Of a stretch of DNA of 64,000 nt, positions 35,935-47,180 are shown piece after piece (position 1 is the stretch's first letter; every line of letters begins with the position of its first letter). Both the position numbers and the translations under genes were made by a program. The stretch lies in contig NW_003314261.1 in the NCBI RefSeq assembly GCF_000143415.4, positions 2,491,266-2,555,265 of the forward strand. The letters are read 5' to 3'. The notes under the pieces are model-generated. The model saw only the letters and a program-made list of their open reading frames with translations. It was not told where the DNA came from and made no database searches. The DNA is from Selaginella moellendorffii (taxonomy: Eukaryota > Plantae > Lycopodiophyta).

Positions 35935-38900
35935 ATGGATCAACGGCGTCCAAGCGGTTGCTGCCCAATGCAGTAAAGACAGAAACTTTCCAGAGGAGAT
36001 CTTTGAAGAATCTGCAAGCTCTCTCTCGAGATCTGCAAGTCCAATCACCGACGGAGAACACCAATGACTCTCTTTGACAAGAAACTCCAATCTACCAGCA
36101 CCTTCATCAGCAAACGCCCTCAGCAGCTTCATTGGCAAACTCCATCTCCGAGCACAAGACCACCCACTCCAAGTTCGAGACATCAACCAGCGCCCTCGAC
36201 ACAAACCGACACCACTACCGAAACGAACCCATCTTCTGTGCAGTCGTCGACCCAGCAATCCTAGCGTTCCGACACAAGTCCAATTCCTGCGCCCACTCCA
36301 AATACCAAAGCACATCCTCAAAACCTACACCAACGACGAACCCATCACTTTGTTACCCGGTATCGGACAACTTGTCGAGGGACAACTTCACAACGCACCG
36401 TTCTCGGAGAGAGCACCAAGTCAAAACTTCGGAAACTCAGGAAAACAATCGACAAGCTCAAGGGAAAAGCCAAGACCGACATCAAAGAATTTCGATCTGG
36501 AATTTGGTGTACTAAGTGCAAGAACGAAGGACATCCGGCAAGTGACTGCAAGCTCCAAATCTCCAAATGCCAGATCTGTACCAAAGAAGGTCATGACGCC
36601 AAGACTTGCAGATTTCAAAATTCTCCAGAAGTTCGACAAGTCTCGAACTATCCCCGACAGCAGTTTCGACAACCATATCCAAATCAATACTTGGACAATT
36701 ACCAGCCACCACCTCTGACAAACTGGAGACCACCGAGAAACAACTTCCAACACCAGAGTCGACAATGGAATGATCAACCTCACTACAACAACTACAACAA
36801 TTACAACAACGACTACAACAACAACTACAACGATCGACAATACCTGCCGAACTGGAACTACCCGGCAAACTGAGACAACTACAACCAAGGATACCAACAA
36901 TACCCAAGATACCAAAACCGAAGATACCAAGGCCAAGGTTATCAAGACCAGGCCTACCAAGGCAACTACAACAACCGACTATGGCAACCTCAACTTCAAA
37001 ACCAAGGCGGTCTGCCGAGACTTGGTCCACCGCCTCCTCGACAACAAGATCAGAACCAGCAGCAACCACCAACAACAAGGATGGTCGAGACCGACGAAAT
37101 ACCTTATGCCGACAATGACGACTCAGATCCTCAAGTCATGGCAGTACAAACCCGAGCACAAATTCGAGCAAAAAAACAACAACAACCGGACAGAGATTTC
37201 GGAGATAGTGAAGAGAAAGGCCCTGAGAGCCCGACAAAACTCCGGGAATGGAAAAAGAAGCAGAAGTTAGCTGCCAAGATACAGCAGCAACTCGCTCTAC
37301 AACCACCCGAATTAGTGATTTTAGACTCCGACAATGAAGCTCAACCATCACCAGCTCGACAACAATGCCAAGACTCAATACCAGAAAACAGACAGACACA
37401 TCGTCCAACATCGACACCGACACCAGAACACAATTCGGCAAATTTCGACAAAATCCAAGCAGTCGCAGAGACTATCCTCAACCAAAATATTCAGATCACC
37501 ATCGGCCAACTGCTGAAGATTGCACCCTACCTCACCAAACAGCTCACCGATCTGACATCTGCACCGACCAACACTTTGATAGACTCGCCCACACTCAACT
37601 CGACATAGACAGCTGTTGACACATTTCGAACCGAGATTCAACCAGGTGATTGTGACAATGATGTTCTGACAATCGACCTACAACTCGACAAACATCTTGT
37701 TCGAGGAGCCATAATTGACGGCGGCTCCAGCGTTAATATTATTGAAGAAAGTCTTGTTCAACAACTCAACATCGGCCCAGTTCACCCAGCACCTTTCAAT
37801 GTCCGAATGGCCGACCACCGATCTGTTCAACCCAAAGGCATCATCCAAAAAGTCAACACCACCATTCAAGGCGTCGAAATACCAGTCAACTATGTCGTCC
37901 TCAAACTACCGGAGCAGACCGACGGATACTCAATTCTCCTCGGTCGACCTTGGCTCCGAACTGCCCAAGTTTATCAAGATTGGCCCAATGACAATCTTAT
38001 CCTTCACGGACCAGACGGACCAACAACTGTGTCGACAAAAGCGACTAAATTGCTGTCCAGCCACAACCGACCTATTGACTTGGAAGAATATAATCTCGAA
38101 GATGGCCTCGACGACTATCAAGAACAACAAATTCTCACAGCCTACCCCGATCTCGAACCTTTGGCCGAGATCGACCTCTTCCGAATTGTCGCCGACTTCC
38201 AACGAGAACGACCCCCAATTACATCAGCACTGAAAAATCCAGTCACTTGAGATAAAAACTCGAAGCACCACCAGCATTCACAGTCGACAACCACAACAAA
38301 GTTGCCTACATTCCGTCAATTCCAGCAGACCAAAAACTCGAAAAAGTCAGCCTTGCCGACGATGGCAACAAACACTACATTGTACTCGCCACTGACATCT
38401 CGGCAAGTTTTCGAGACAAAGGCATCAATCTTCTCCGAAAGAAGAAACACTTGTTCGCTTGGAGTTATCGAGACCTTAAGGGAGTTTCGCCAAAACTTAG
38501 CCTTCACACCATCACCCTTCTTCCAGACTCAAAACCAAGAAGACAAGCAGCCTACCGAATGAATCCGAATCTGATGGAACAAGTAAAGAAAGAACTCGAC
38601 AAGCTTCTCCAAGTCGAGTACATCTACCCAATTCAGAATCCGATATGGCTTTCACCACTGGTGGTTGTACTGAAGAAAAATGGCAAACTTCGAATCTACG
38701 TCAACTATAAACAGCTCAACGACGCCACCGAAAAAGATGTCTTCCCGATACCATTTACCGACGAAGTTCTTGACGCAGTCGCCGGACACGAGATGTATTC
38801 CTTCCTCGATGGTTTCTCCGGCTACAACCAAATTCACATCGCCGAAGAAGATCAGCACAAGACAGCATTCATTAGTCCATGGGGAGCCTATGCTTATCGA

Positions 38901-39302
38901 CGAATGCCTTTTGGACTCTGCAACGCCCCATTTACCTTCCAAAGGCTTGTTACCAACACTTTCCGAGACTACCTCACTGACTTCATGAGAGTCTTCATGG
39001 ACGACTTCAGCGTTTTCAGCTCGGAAGATCAACATCTTGAATGCCTGGAGAAATGCCTCAACAAGTGTGAGGAGAACAACATAGCACTCAACCCCGACAA
39101 ATGCGCTTTCTTCGTCAAATCTGGAGTACTCCTCGGCCACGTTGTCTGCAAAGATGGCATTCTCATCGACAAGGACAAAGTTGACGTCATCTCAAAACTT
39201 GAACCGCCGAAGAACCAGAAAGAACTTCGGCGCTTCCTCGGCAAAGTCAGATATCACTGACGATTCATCCACAAGTACGCTCACATTGCCAAACCACTCA
39301 CC
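35935..39302 (+). pseudogene. gag-PR-RT of element B with frameshifts and stops
   Basis: WCTKCKNEGHPASDC and CQICTKEGHDAKTC knuckles; Asn/Tyr/Gln-rich tract; protease; RT ORF 38451-39260. Confidence 0.88.
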
Positions 39303-39429
39303 TAGTGGATTTTGGTAGCCGTCGGATTGGTTTCAATCCGGACCACTCGCTCCTGTATATAAGCTAGGGTTTTTGGGCTAATTGAGATGCACATTTCTGT
39401 ATTCCTTTTCCATATTCCATGCACTCACA
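39303..39429 (+). repeat. Inverted major part of the A2 5' LTR
   Basis: Reverse complement of the first 127 nt of the LTR as read on plus; followed by the PBS TGGTGGAGATGAGGGG (39431-39446). Confidence 0.93.
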
Positions 39430-39662
39430 TTGGTGGAGATGAGGGGCACCTTTGATTGTCCCTGGGGAGTGCTTGGATTTGGGATTTCGATTTAGATCTA
39501 GCTTTTGCATTGTCTAGATCTAGCTTTTTCCATTTCCTTTCTTTTGTTCTTTCCTTTTAGGATTTTGGTTTAGATCTAGCTTTTTGCATTGTCTAGATTT
39601 ACCATTTCTTTCCAGCTTTTTGTCATTTCTCTTCTTTTGCTCTTTCTTTTTCATTCATCTTC

Positions 39663-41436
39663 ATGGCCGATCCGCAATCTCCTCCTTTGACTCTAGAGTA
39701 GCAATTGGTTCAATTGCTTGATGCTATGCGCTTGCAATTGAATAATCAAACTCAGTTGATGGCGGCATTCACGGCACATGGTACAACTCCTCCTGCTTTT
39801 GGTGCCAATCCTCGCGTTCGGCCGGAGTTCTTTCGTGGGAATCCTGGGGATGATGTGTACCATTGGTTCGATCACTTCACGGTGATTGCCACATATCATT
39901 CTTGGGATGATGCTCGCCGTTTGCGCGAGTTCCCCACATGTCTCCAAGGGACGGCATTGCAGTGGTACAATGGATTGAGCGCAGCTACTCGTGGCGATTG
40001 GATTGTTCTTCCGGACGTCTTCAAACGCGCTTTTGGACACGCCGACGATTGTGATGATGCCTTCCAACAATTGCATCGTCTTCGCCAAGGGCCATCTGAG
40101 TCAGTGATGCAATTTGGCATTCGTTTCCGAAGTCTTTTGCTTCGTGCGGAGCCCAATATGTCGGAGCGGATCAAGCTAGGAATGTTGTAGCCAGCACTTC
40201 GTCAAGATCTTGTCGGCCTTATGCATGCACTTGCTCCTGCCACCCTTGACGATGCTCTTCGCTTGGCACAATGTTATGAGATGTCGCCTCTTCCACTTCT
40301 TGCTACACGTCCTTCAGCTCTACTTCCTATGAGTGATGCTCCTGTTCCCATGGAGGTTGATGCTGCTGCTACTCGAGTCCAAGGACAAGGGCGAGGACGT
40401 GGTCGTGGCCGTGACGTCCGTTGCTGGGCGTGTGATGAAGTTGGTCATACTTATCGGCGTTGTCGGCGCTTTCCGGATTAGCGACCTCCATTTCCTGGGT
40501 GGAGACCTTGGCGTCAGCAACGTCCCATTGGTGCTGCTGCGGTGGAAGGTTTGGATCCCGAGGTGCATTCGGGAAACGAGGAGTCGCGCGAGTAATGGAG
40601 GGACCTTGCACGAATAAGTTAGTGACCCCTCCATCTTTCTTTCGGGAGTATCATCAAGGGGTTCACTCGGCACCGGTTCATCCAGTGTTTACTTTCCAAG
40701 CTCGTTTTTATAACAAAAGGTCTCCTATTCTTCTCTCCGTGTTGGTTGATACAGGTTCGAGTTTATCTTCTATTGCTCGACCTGTTGCCACACGTTGTCG
40801 TCTACACTTACGTCGTGCGGCAGATCCAGTTTTCATTCTTTACGGCAACGGCCGTACACATGCATGTGCACGAGATGAGGCAGACCTGGTTGTGCATGTG
40901 GGCGATCTCGACTTGAGTTGCAGTCGTTGCGGGTGGTGCCGAGTCAAGCTTTTGACCTCATTCTTGGTATGGATTGGTTGCAGCACAATCATGCCAAGTG
41001 TGACTTTGAGGCTTCTCCCCCTTGTCTCATACTTCCTTATGTTTCATCCATTCCTCTCACTTCTGTACCTCTTCGTCCCTCTACTTTTACCTCTGCTTCC
41101 ATTACTTTTGTTCCCCCACTATTTCCTCTTGTGTTTCCATCTTGTTTTGCTCTTCCCTTTTCCGATCCCTCCGATGATCTTTGTGTTGCAGCTGTTGACC
41201 AGCTCATAAAGGAGTATTCTGATCTCTTTGAATTTGACCTATCATCTGGGGCCAAGATTGCCACATGTCATCCCATTCCAACCGGGGATGCTCGTCCAAT
41301 CAAGGTTCCTGTTCGTCGTCGGTCACCCAAGGAGATCAAGATTTTACGTGCAAACGTCAAGGAGATGTTGGAGAAGGGTGTTATTCGGAAGTCGCGGAGT
41401 CCTTGGGCATGTGAACCTCATCTTGTGACGAAGCCT
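39663..41436 (+). pseudogene. gag and protease of A2 (inside the inverted segment)
   Basis: Highly similar to A1 gag/PR; ends ...CEPHLVTKP exactly where the A2 RT resumes at 35460. Confidence 0.92.
40571..40634 (+). promoter_or_regulatory. -1 programmed ribosomal frameshift signal (G GGA AAC plus H-type pseudoknot) at the gag/pol junction; second copy at 31178-31241 on minus
   Basis: Heptamer 40571-40577 in gag phase; 6-nt spacer; stem 1 TCGCGCGAG/CTTGCACGA; stem 2 ATGGAGGG/CCCTCCAT. pol is in the -1 frame. Confidence 0.8.
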
Positions 41437-41730
41437 TGAAGAGGTGAGAAAACTCCTCTTCACTGGAAATCTATTGTTAGTAAGAAAACAAAAGAGAAAA
41501 GGGCCCGATCTCCAAGGGCAGAGAAGAAGCACGAGTAAAAGAATGTTGTGTATTAATAAGAGAAACAATGGAATGGAGATAGGGATCCACAATTTGGATT
41601 CCCCCTTTTGAAATGCTAGCGGTTCTAACTGCTAGCATATACCATATGTTGTGCATGATTTAATCTATGGCTCTGATGCAGCCCTGGGTTCAAAGTCGGA
41701 GTCCCCTGAACCTTGTTTTTGGTTGAGACA
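41437..41730 (-). repeat. 3' LTR of element B (inverted)
   Basis: Reverse complement of 35461-35754 with about 6 transitions; PPT AGGGGAGCAGAG adjacent. Confidence 0.95.
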
Positions 41731-41749
41731 CTCTGCTCCCCTGACAGAA

Positions 41750-43747
41750 CTAGACACCGTCCTCGGTGCGAACATAGTCAGTTTCCATCGCTTGTTGCTG
41801 CTGCTGCTCCAGTCGATAGAGGCGACGTTTTTGTTGTGGGAGTGTAAGCTCGTGGTTAGGGACGCTGTCTGGTGGATCTGTCCCATCTTCCTGGAGGTCG
41901 GCTACCTCAGCCAGCAGGGCGGTATGATCATCCTCGAGTTTTCGGTAGCGGGTGTTGAGCTCTTCGTATTTGAATTTGTAGGTGAATTCGTGAGCTGCTG
42001 ATGGGGTTGATGGCTGCTTGGAGACGATCTTCCTGATGTCCCGGAGGTCAGTGCGGATCTGCTTCATCTCTTCAATCTGAGTATCCAGCCGGTGGTTTAA
42101 AGGCTCATAAAATTCCTTCTTGATCGCTCCCCAGGTGTATATGAAGGAGTCTTGCTTGAGAAGATGCTGTGCAATGTCGGCTGGTGTTGGGAAGTAGTTT
42201 GCTTGCTCGCGGTGCATGCGTTGATCCAAGGCTTCAAACAACTTGCGGGTGCAGTAGCTTGGGTCGCGAAGTTTATCTTCGTACTCCTTCCTGATCTCAT
42301 CATAATCACGGCGTACCTGACTCTGTGGTTGAGGCATGGTTGCTGCTCCTGCTCCTGCTCGGTGATCCTGGTGTTTCTCGCTAGGGTTCGCTCTGTTCTT
42401 GGTCCCGGGAGTTGAAGTTACTGGAGGCTGAATCTGCTTCGTTGGATGTGGGTGACGTGGTTGGGCCAGATTCTTTGAGGTGGTTGGAGATGAGCTTTTC
42501 AGTTTGATGGTGGATGAACGGCCCAGATGTGGCGTTGAAATTAATTTATCCGTTGAGAAATTTTTCGCTTGGAATTTTGTTGAAGGGGCGGAATTTTTGT
42601 GAATGCTGGTCGTGGTATTTGCTGGAAGAGACATGGTTGCGTGTTCTTCAAGTGATTGGCGAAGGTAGTCAATGTTTTCTTTTGTAGAACGTGTCAAGGA
42701 GGTCGGGGCGTTGAGAATGTTGTTCTCAGCTGGTGTAGAAATTGAGTTCTGGGCGATCAGCTGACGTTTTTCTTTGGCAATGTTGATGTGTTTGTGAGAA
42801 GTTGTCGGTTTTGGGGCTGATTCGAGTGGATGCGGGTTCTGGGGTGATTGTTGATGGTGGTGTGAGTTGTGTTCCTTGTCGCTGATGATGAGGTGCTCTC
42901 GGATCAGCGGTTTGGGAGCTGGATTCGCTGGTGTTTTGCGTGTGAAGCGGCGGCGAAGTGGAGTTGAATTGTTGGAGTGTTTGTTGCTGGAGCTGGTGTT
43001 GTTGGAGTGAGTTGAGCTTGATTGTTGAGATGCTGGCTTCTGTTTCTTGTTGGGAGTTGCTCCTTCTGATTTTGAGTGTTCTTCGGAGCTGTCGCTTTGT
43101 TCTGTGGAGTTCGTTTGGGTTGTCCACGGTTGCTTGTTGGGAAGAGCTTGGTGTAGAGCGATCAGCAGTGGGAAGATTACTGTGCGCATGGTCTTCTTGT
43201 TGAGTGTGGCGAGGATGGCGCGGTCGAGAAGCTTGAGAAGGAGCTCGTGGAGATGGTGAGCCACGTTCACACGTTTGCCGTCGAGTAGAGCTCCGTAGAC
43301 TTCTGCTGTGCACTTGCCGATGGTGCGATCTGTTGGGTGAAGTTCGTAGTAGAGGAGGAGGGCTTTGAGTCGATCCATATGTTGCTCGTCGATGTCCTCC
43401 CATGTGAGCTCACCGGTAATTTCTCGATTGGCTTTGATGATTTGCTGTGGAACTTCTCCTGAAAATTTGAGCATTCCCTTGTTGGAGATTTTGAAAACAG
43501 AGGCGATTCTTGCTGGGCTGAGGGTGATCTCGTTGGTGCCGTCGGTTATGGTGCTGTTCTTGGGGTTGAAGGAGGCAGCCAGTTTCCTCGCTAGTTTTTT
43601 ATCAGGGTGTGTTGAAAAGGCCTTGTGGAGGAGCTCAAATCCGTGGTCCTTGAGCCAGGTGGTTGTGTCGTTGCTGGGAAGCCTAGGAATATGGTGTATG
43701 ACGTATCTGAGGCATCGGGGTGGATGAGCTGGCATCTTTCTCTTCAT
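41750..43747 (-). CDS. Intact additional ORF (665 aa) of element B between integrase and the 3' LTR
   Basis: Uninterrupted ATG-initiated ORF, co-oriented with B pol and ending at the PPT. Globular N-terminus, S/T/N-rich linker, C-terminal coiled coil. Confidence 0.8.
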   Translation of the reverse strand: MKRKMPAHPPRCLRYVIHHIPRLPSNDTTTWLKDHGFELLHKAFSTHPDKKLARKLAASFNPKNSTITDGTNEITLSPARIASVFKISNKGMLKFSGEVPQQIIKANREITGELTWEDIDEQHMDRLKALLLYYELHPTDRTIGKCTAEVYGALLDGKRVNVAHHLHELLLKLLDRAILATLNKKTMRTVIFPLLIALHQALPNKQPWTTQTNSTEQSDSSEEHSKSEGATPNKKQKPASQQSSSTHSNNTSSSNKHSNNSTPLRRRFTRKTPANPAPKPLIREHLIISDKEHNSHHHQQSPQNPHPLESAPKPTTSHKHINIAKEKRQLIAQNSISTPAENNILNAPTSLTRSTKENIDYLRQSLEEHATMSLPANTTTSIHKNSAPSTKFQAKNFSTDKLISTPHLGRSSTIKLKSSSPTTSKNLAQPRHPHPTKQIQPPVTSTPGTKNRANPSEKHQDHRAGAGAATMPQPQSQVRRDYDEIRKEYEDKLRDPSYCTRKLFEALDQRMHREQANYFPTPADIAQHLLKQDSFIYTWGAIKKEFYEPLNHRLDTQIEEMKQIRTDLRDIRKIVSKQPSTPSAAHEFTYKFKYEELNTRYRKLEDDHTALLAEVADLQEDGTDPPDSVPNHELTLPQQKRRLYRLEQQQQQAMETDYVRTEDGV

Positions 43748-44064
43748 TTTCTGCGATCGAAGTGCTCGCCCCGTTAGGGTTCTTGAAACCTATAACTGTT
43801 GGTTGGCTGATCGTGCGGCACTCGATTGCTGGTGATGAACGGTCGAGATTTGTTGACGGAATTGATGTGGTTTGATTTGGCTTGATTGCAAATCAATGGT
43901 GGATATTGGTGATGAAGTTAACTCAAGTTCAACTGTTGATATTTGCTCAGGTGGCGTTGATCCAACGGTAGCTTGGGACTTACAAATTTTTGCTGCTGTT
44001 TGTTGCTGAAGTTGGTGGATGAGTTCGTGTTGAGTTGAGTTGAGTTGTATCGAACTGATTTGAG

Positions 44065-45973
44065 TTAAAGTTTGTCTATTGGGGTGAGTGTTGATTGTTG
44101 GTTTTGGGGTGTTTGTCGGTTTGGGTCTGAAATTTGTTGAGGTGCTGATGTTGAATATGTTGACGTGATATGGTCAAAGCTTGTTGAGGTTGACGATCTC
44201 AGTGAAGTCTTCGGCGAGTGTGCTGACTTTGGCGGTGCCGTTGGGGTATAGTTCAATGATTTTGAAAGGTCCTTGCCAGTTGGTGTGGAGTTTTCGGCCA
44301 AGTTTGCCGATGGGTCCTCGGTACCAGAGAACATGGTCGTCGACGCTGTATTTGGGAATGTTATGCTGGGATGCTTGTCGGTCGTGCCGAGCTTTTCTCT
44401 GTTTTTGGATGGCGTGAAGTGTCCAAAGGGCATTTAGTCGGAGTTCGTCGAGATGTTCGAGTTGCTGAAGCCTTTCTCGAACTGCATGTCGGGTATCAAG
44501 ATTATACTTGACGGTGACTCGCATGCTTGGGACGATGAATTCAATTGGTGTGATGGCTTCTGTTCCAAAGGCGAGTTTGAATGGCGTCATGTCAGTGGTG
44601 ACTTTATACGCAGTGCGATAGGCCCAAAGTACGTCGAGAAGTTTGTCGTCCCAGTCTTTGCCGGAATCGTTGATGACTTTTTTGAGGATGGTCTTCAGTG
44701 TTTTGTTCGTTGCTTCTGCTTGACCGTTGCCTTGAGGATAGTATGGTGTTGACGTTTTATGTCGGAGTTTGAACTCGGTGGCGAGATGTTCGATTGTTTG
44801 GTTGATGAAGTGGGTGCCTCTATCGGTGACGAGTTCAAGTGGTGTGCCGAAACGAGTGATGATATTTTCGTAGATGAAGGTTGCTGTTGCTTTTGCTGTG
44901 GCATGTTGGAGAGGTATTGCTTCGGCCCACTTGGTAGTGTAATCGGTGGCAACGATGATGTACTGATTTCATCGACGGGTGCTGACTTGGGGTCCGACGA
45001 AGTCGAGTCCCCATTTCTGAAATGGTGCCATTGGGAATGTTGGGTTGAGTTGTTGAGTCTGAGTTTTCGGTGGTAATCGGTATCTTTGACATGTGTCGCA
45101 GCATTTGCAGAATTCTTCAGTGTCGTGCCAGAGTGTCGGCCACCAGAGGCCGGCTTGAAGAATCTTCCGAGTGGTTGTGTCAGCAGCGAAGTGTCCGCCG
45201 GAAGGTCCATCATGAGCTTCCTTGATGATTTGAGTTGTGTGTGGCTGCTTGATGCATCGGCAAAGAATGTTGTCAATTCCGAGTTTGTAGAGAGTGCCTC
45301 CAATGATTGAGTATCGTCGGGTTTTAGCAACAAAAGTCTTCTTTTGGTCGGACGTAGTGTACTGATCTGGAACTTTTGCTGAGTTGAGGTAACTGAAGAC
45401 GTCATCGAGCTAGGTTGCTGGTATTGAAACTCGGAATAGGTTTGAGTCGGGTAAGTCGTCGGTAAGTATTTCGGGTTTGTCGCCGGTGGTGATCCGGCTG
45501 AGATAATCTGCTTGTTCATGATTTTTGCCGGGTTTGTGGACAATCTCGAAGTTGTATTCTTGTAGTAAAAGGAACCATCTTGATATTCGACCAGATAGTA
45601 TTGGCTTGTTGATGAGGTAAAGGATTCCCTTGTGGTCGACGAAAATTACGACTTTAATTGACAGTATGTAGTGTCGAAACTTCTGAAGTGAGTAGATCAT
45701 GCCGAGAGCTTCTTTCTCGGTGGTGGTGTAATTTCGTTCAGCTGAGTTGAGTAGTCGGCTGGCGTAGTAGATCGGTTGATCTCAGTTGTCGTGTTGAGTT
45801 TGGCTCAGAATTGCACCAGTGGCGACGTCGGAAGTGTCGACATGAATGTGGAACTCTTGGGTCCAATCGGGCTTGGCAAGGATCGGTGCTGTTGTTAGTT
45901 TGAGTCGGAGATTATCGAATGCTTGTTGCTGTTCGGACGTCCATGTCCATTGGGCATTTTGTTTTAGTCCATC
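44065..45973 (-). pseudogene. RNase H and integrase of element B
   Basis: WTWTSEQQQAF..APILAKPDW..FHIHVDTSDVATG; YTTTEKEALGMIYSLQKFRHY; PFQKWGLDFVGP; TPFKLAFGTEAITPIEF; WQGPF. Contains stops. Confidence 0.9.
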
Positions 45974-46020
45974 CGCTAATATTAGTATACGGCATCGTAG
46001 CCGTACACTTGGCCCTCACA
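45974..46020 (-). repeat. Terminal 47 bp of the A2 5' LTR left outside the inversion
   Basis: CGCTAATATTAG...GGCCCTCACA followed by the TSD GTTC. Confidence 0.93.
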
Positions 46021-46277
46021 GTTCTAAAATATTCACTCGCATCTTAATGGGCCATAAATCGCCAACCCACATGGCATAAATTATTCTTCTTTATATCATG
46101 TTGTAATTCAAATAAAAAATTTTAAGGATAACTTTTAAGCAAAATCAAACAAGATAAACTGCCCTCCACTTGGAGGCAAATGCAAAGATATCCACTCATG
46201 AACTTCCGTTGATCCATGAAACGAACAATTTCCTTCCAAAGTAGATTGGTCAAAGAAGATTCCAAACCGTTTAAAAG

Positions 46278-47180
46278 CACTCCCGGCTTGATCGCCTCGA
46301 TCTCACCCTTCAGTTTCTAGCTCGAGTACTTTGGATTTGCTCGCACGGCATCGCCATTTTGAGGCGCTTGTGGCCAGATCAAGAATCTGCTGCTCTCGGC
46401 GGATCCACGCAACCGGCGTTGCATGCACAGCACAAATCAGGGGCTCTACTTCCCACCCTTCACAATTGGAAAGGTATTCTTATTCCTCTTCTTATTCTTA
46501 ATCTTCTTAATTTTGCTCAGCTCGCACAGTTTTCCTGTTGTAAGGTTCTCCCGGTATCGAGAGTGATTTCTTCAGACAATGTGGACTACAAAGCTGGGGA
46601 TATCGTGACGTGCTTGGTGAATACTCGCTCGCTGTTGCGAGGCGGGAAAGATGGATTTTGTCCACTCAAGAGGATGGATGCGTTCCATTGGAAAATTATC
46701 TCTCCTTTCTGGTTATAGAATGCATTGACAATGTCACGAGAACTATGATACACGATCCAGGCATCCCCGGATTCACTGCTTGGATTAATCATCCCCTAAT
46801 TGGGATTCGAGCGTGGCTATTGAGATGGTTGAGGGTGGCTTCCAGCATCTTGCCACCAACATTGTCGAAGTAGACGTCAGTCAACAGCCTAGAACTATAT
46901 AGAAGCACTCAAGAAACTTGAGAATGGACAAGAAGATGTTCGGTTACCTTAGCATTCCAGTCCTTTCTTGTAATTGAACGAGAAAGTCAAAATCTGAGAG
47001 AGACAGACAAACACACAGAGACAGAAACGTAGCACTGAAAGTCTGGACAGTGAAACCTCGCCTTCTCGTCAGTGCCTACAACCTCAACAGCCTCGTGTTT
47101 TCGCAATTAGACACAGTGAAACCTTACCTTCTCGTCAGTGCCTTCGTGTTTTCGCAATTAGACCCGCGGCAAGCCCTGGA
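46278..47180. pseudogene. Scrambled, partly inverted duplicate of the neighbouring alkenal reductase gene
   Basis: About 46278-46360 matches 48630-48750 in the same orientation. About 46385-46786 matches 48145-48610 in the opposite orientation, including introns. About 46787-46990 matches 47685-47900 in the same orientation. Many indels. Confidence 0.8.

Larger units (their letters stand above)
35461..45973 (+). mobile_element. Nested non-chromovirus (Athila/Selgy-like) Ty3/gypsy element B; 5' half 35461-39302 on plus, 3' half 41437-45973 inverted
   Basis: 294-bp TG..CA LTRs at 35461-35754 and 41437-41730 (reverse). TSD AGGCT (35456-35460; AGCCT at 41432-41436). PBS TGGCGACCAC (tRNA-Arg-like) at 35757-35766. 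gag with two zinc knuckles; PR AIIDGGSSVN; RT YSFLDGFSGYNQI...FMDDF; RH and INT at 44065-45973 on minus. Confidence 0.93.
32628..46020 (-). mobile_element. Family A copy 2, interrupted in RT by element B and rearranged by an internal inversion
   Basis: 3' LTR 32628-32801; INT/RH/RT 32834-35460 on minus; gag/PR 39663-41436 now on plus; 5' LTR split into 39303-39429 (inverted) and 45974-46020; TSD GTTC (32624-32627/46021-46024). Confidence 0.95.

Noticed and set aside
35461-41730. 294-bp inverted repeats read as TIRs of a DNA transposon or a DIRS-like element
   Set aside because: They are TG..CA LTRs with PBS and PPT. Their inverted orientation is fully explained by the 39303-45973 inversion, and no transposase or tyrosine recombinase is present.
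44695-45543. 282-aa ORF inside the element B integrase region
   Set aside because: Off-frame by-product of the A/C-rich strand. The integrase motifs are in another frame.
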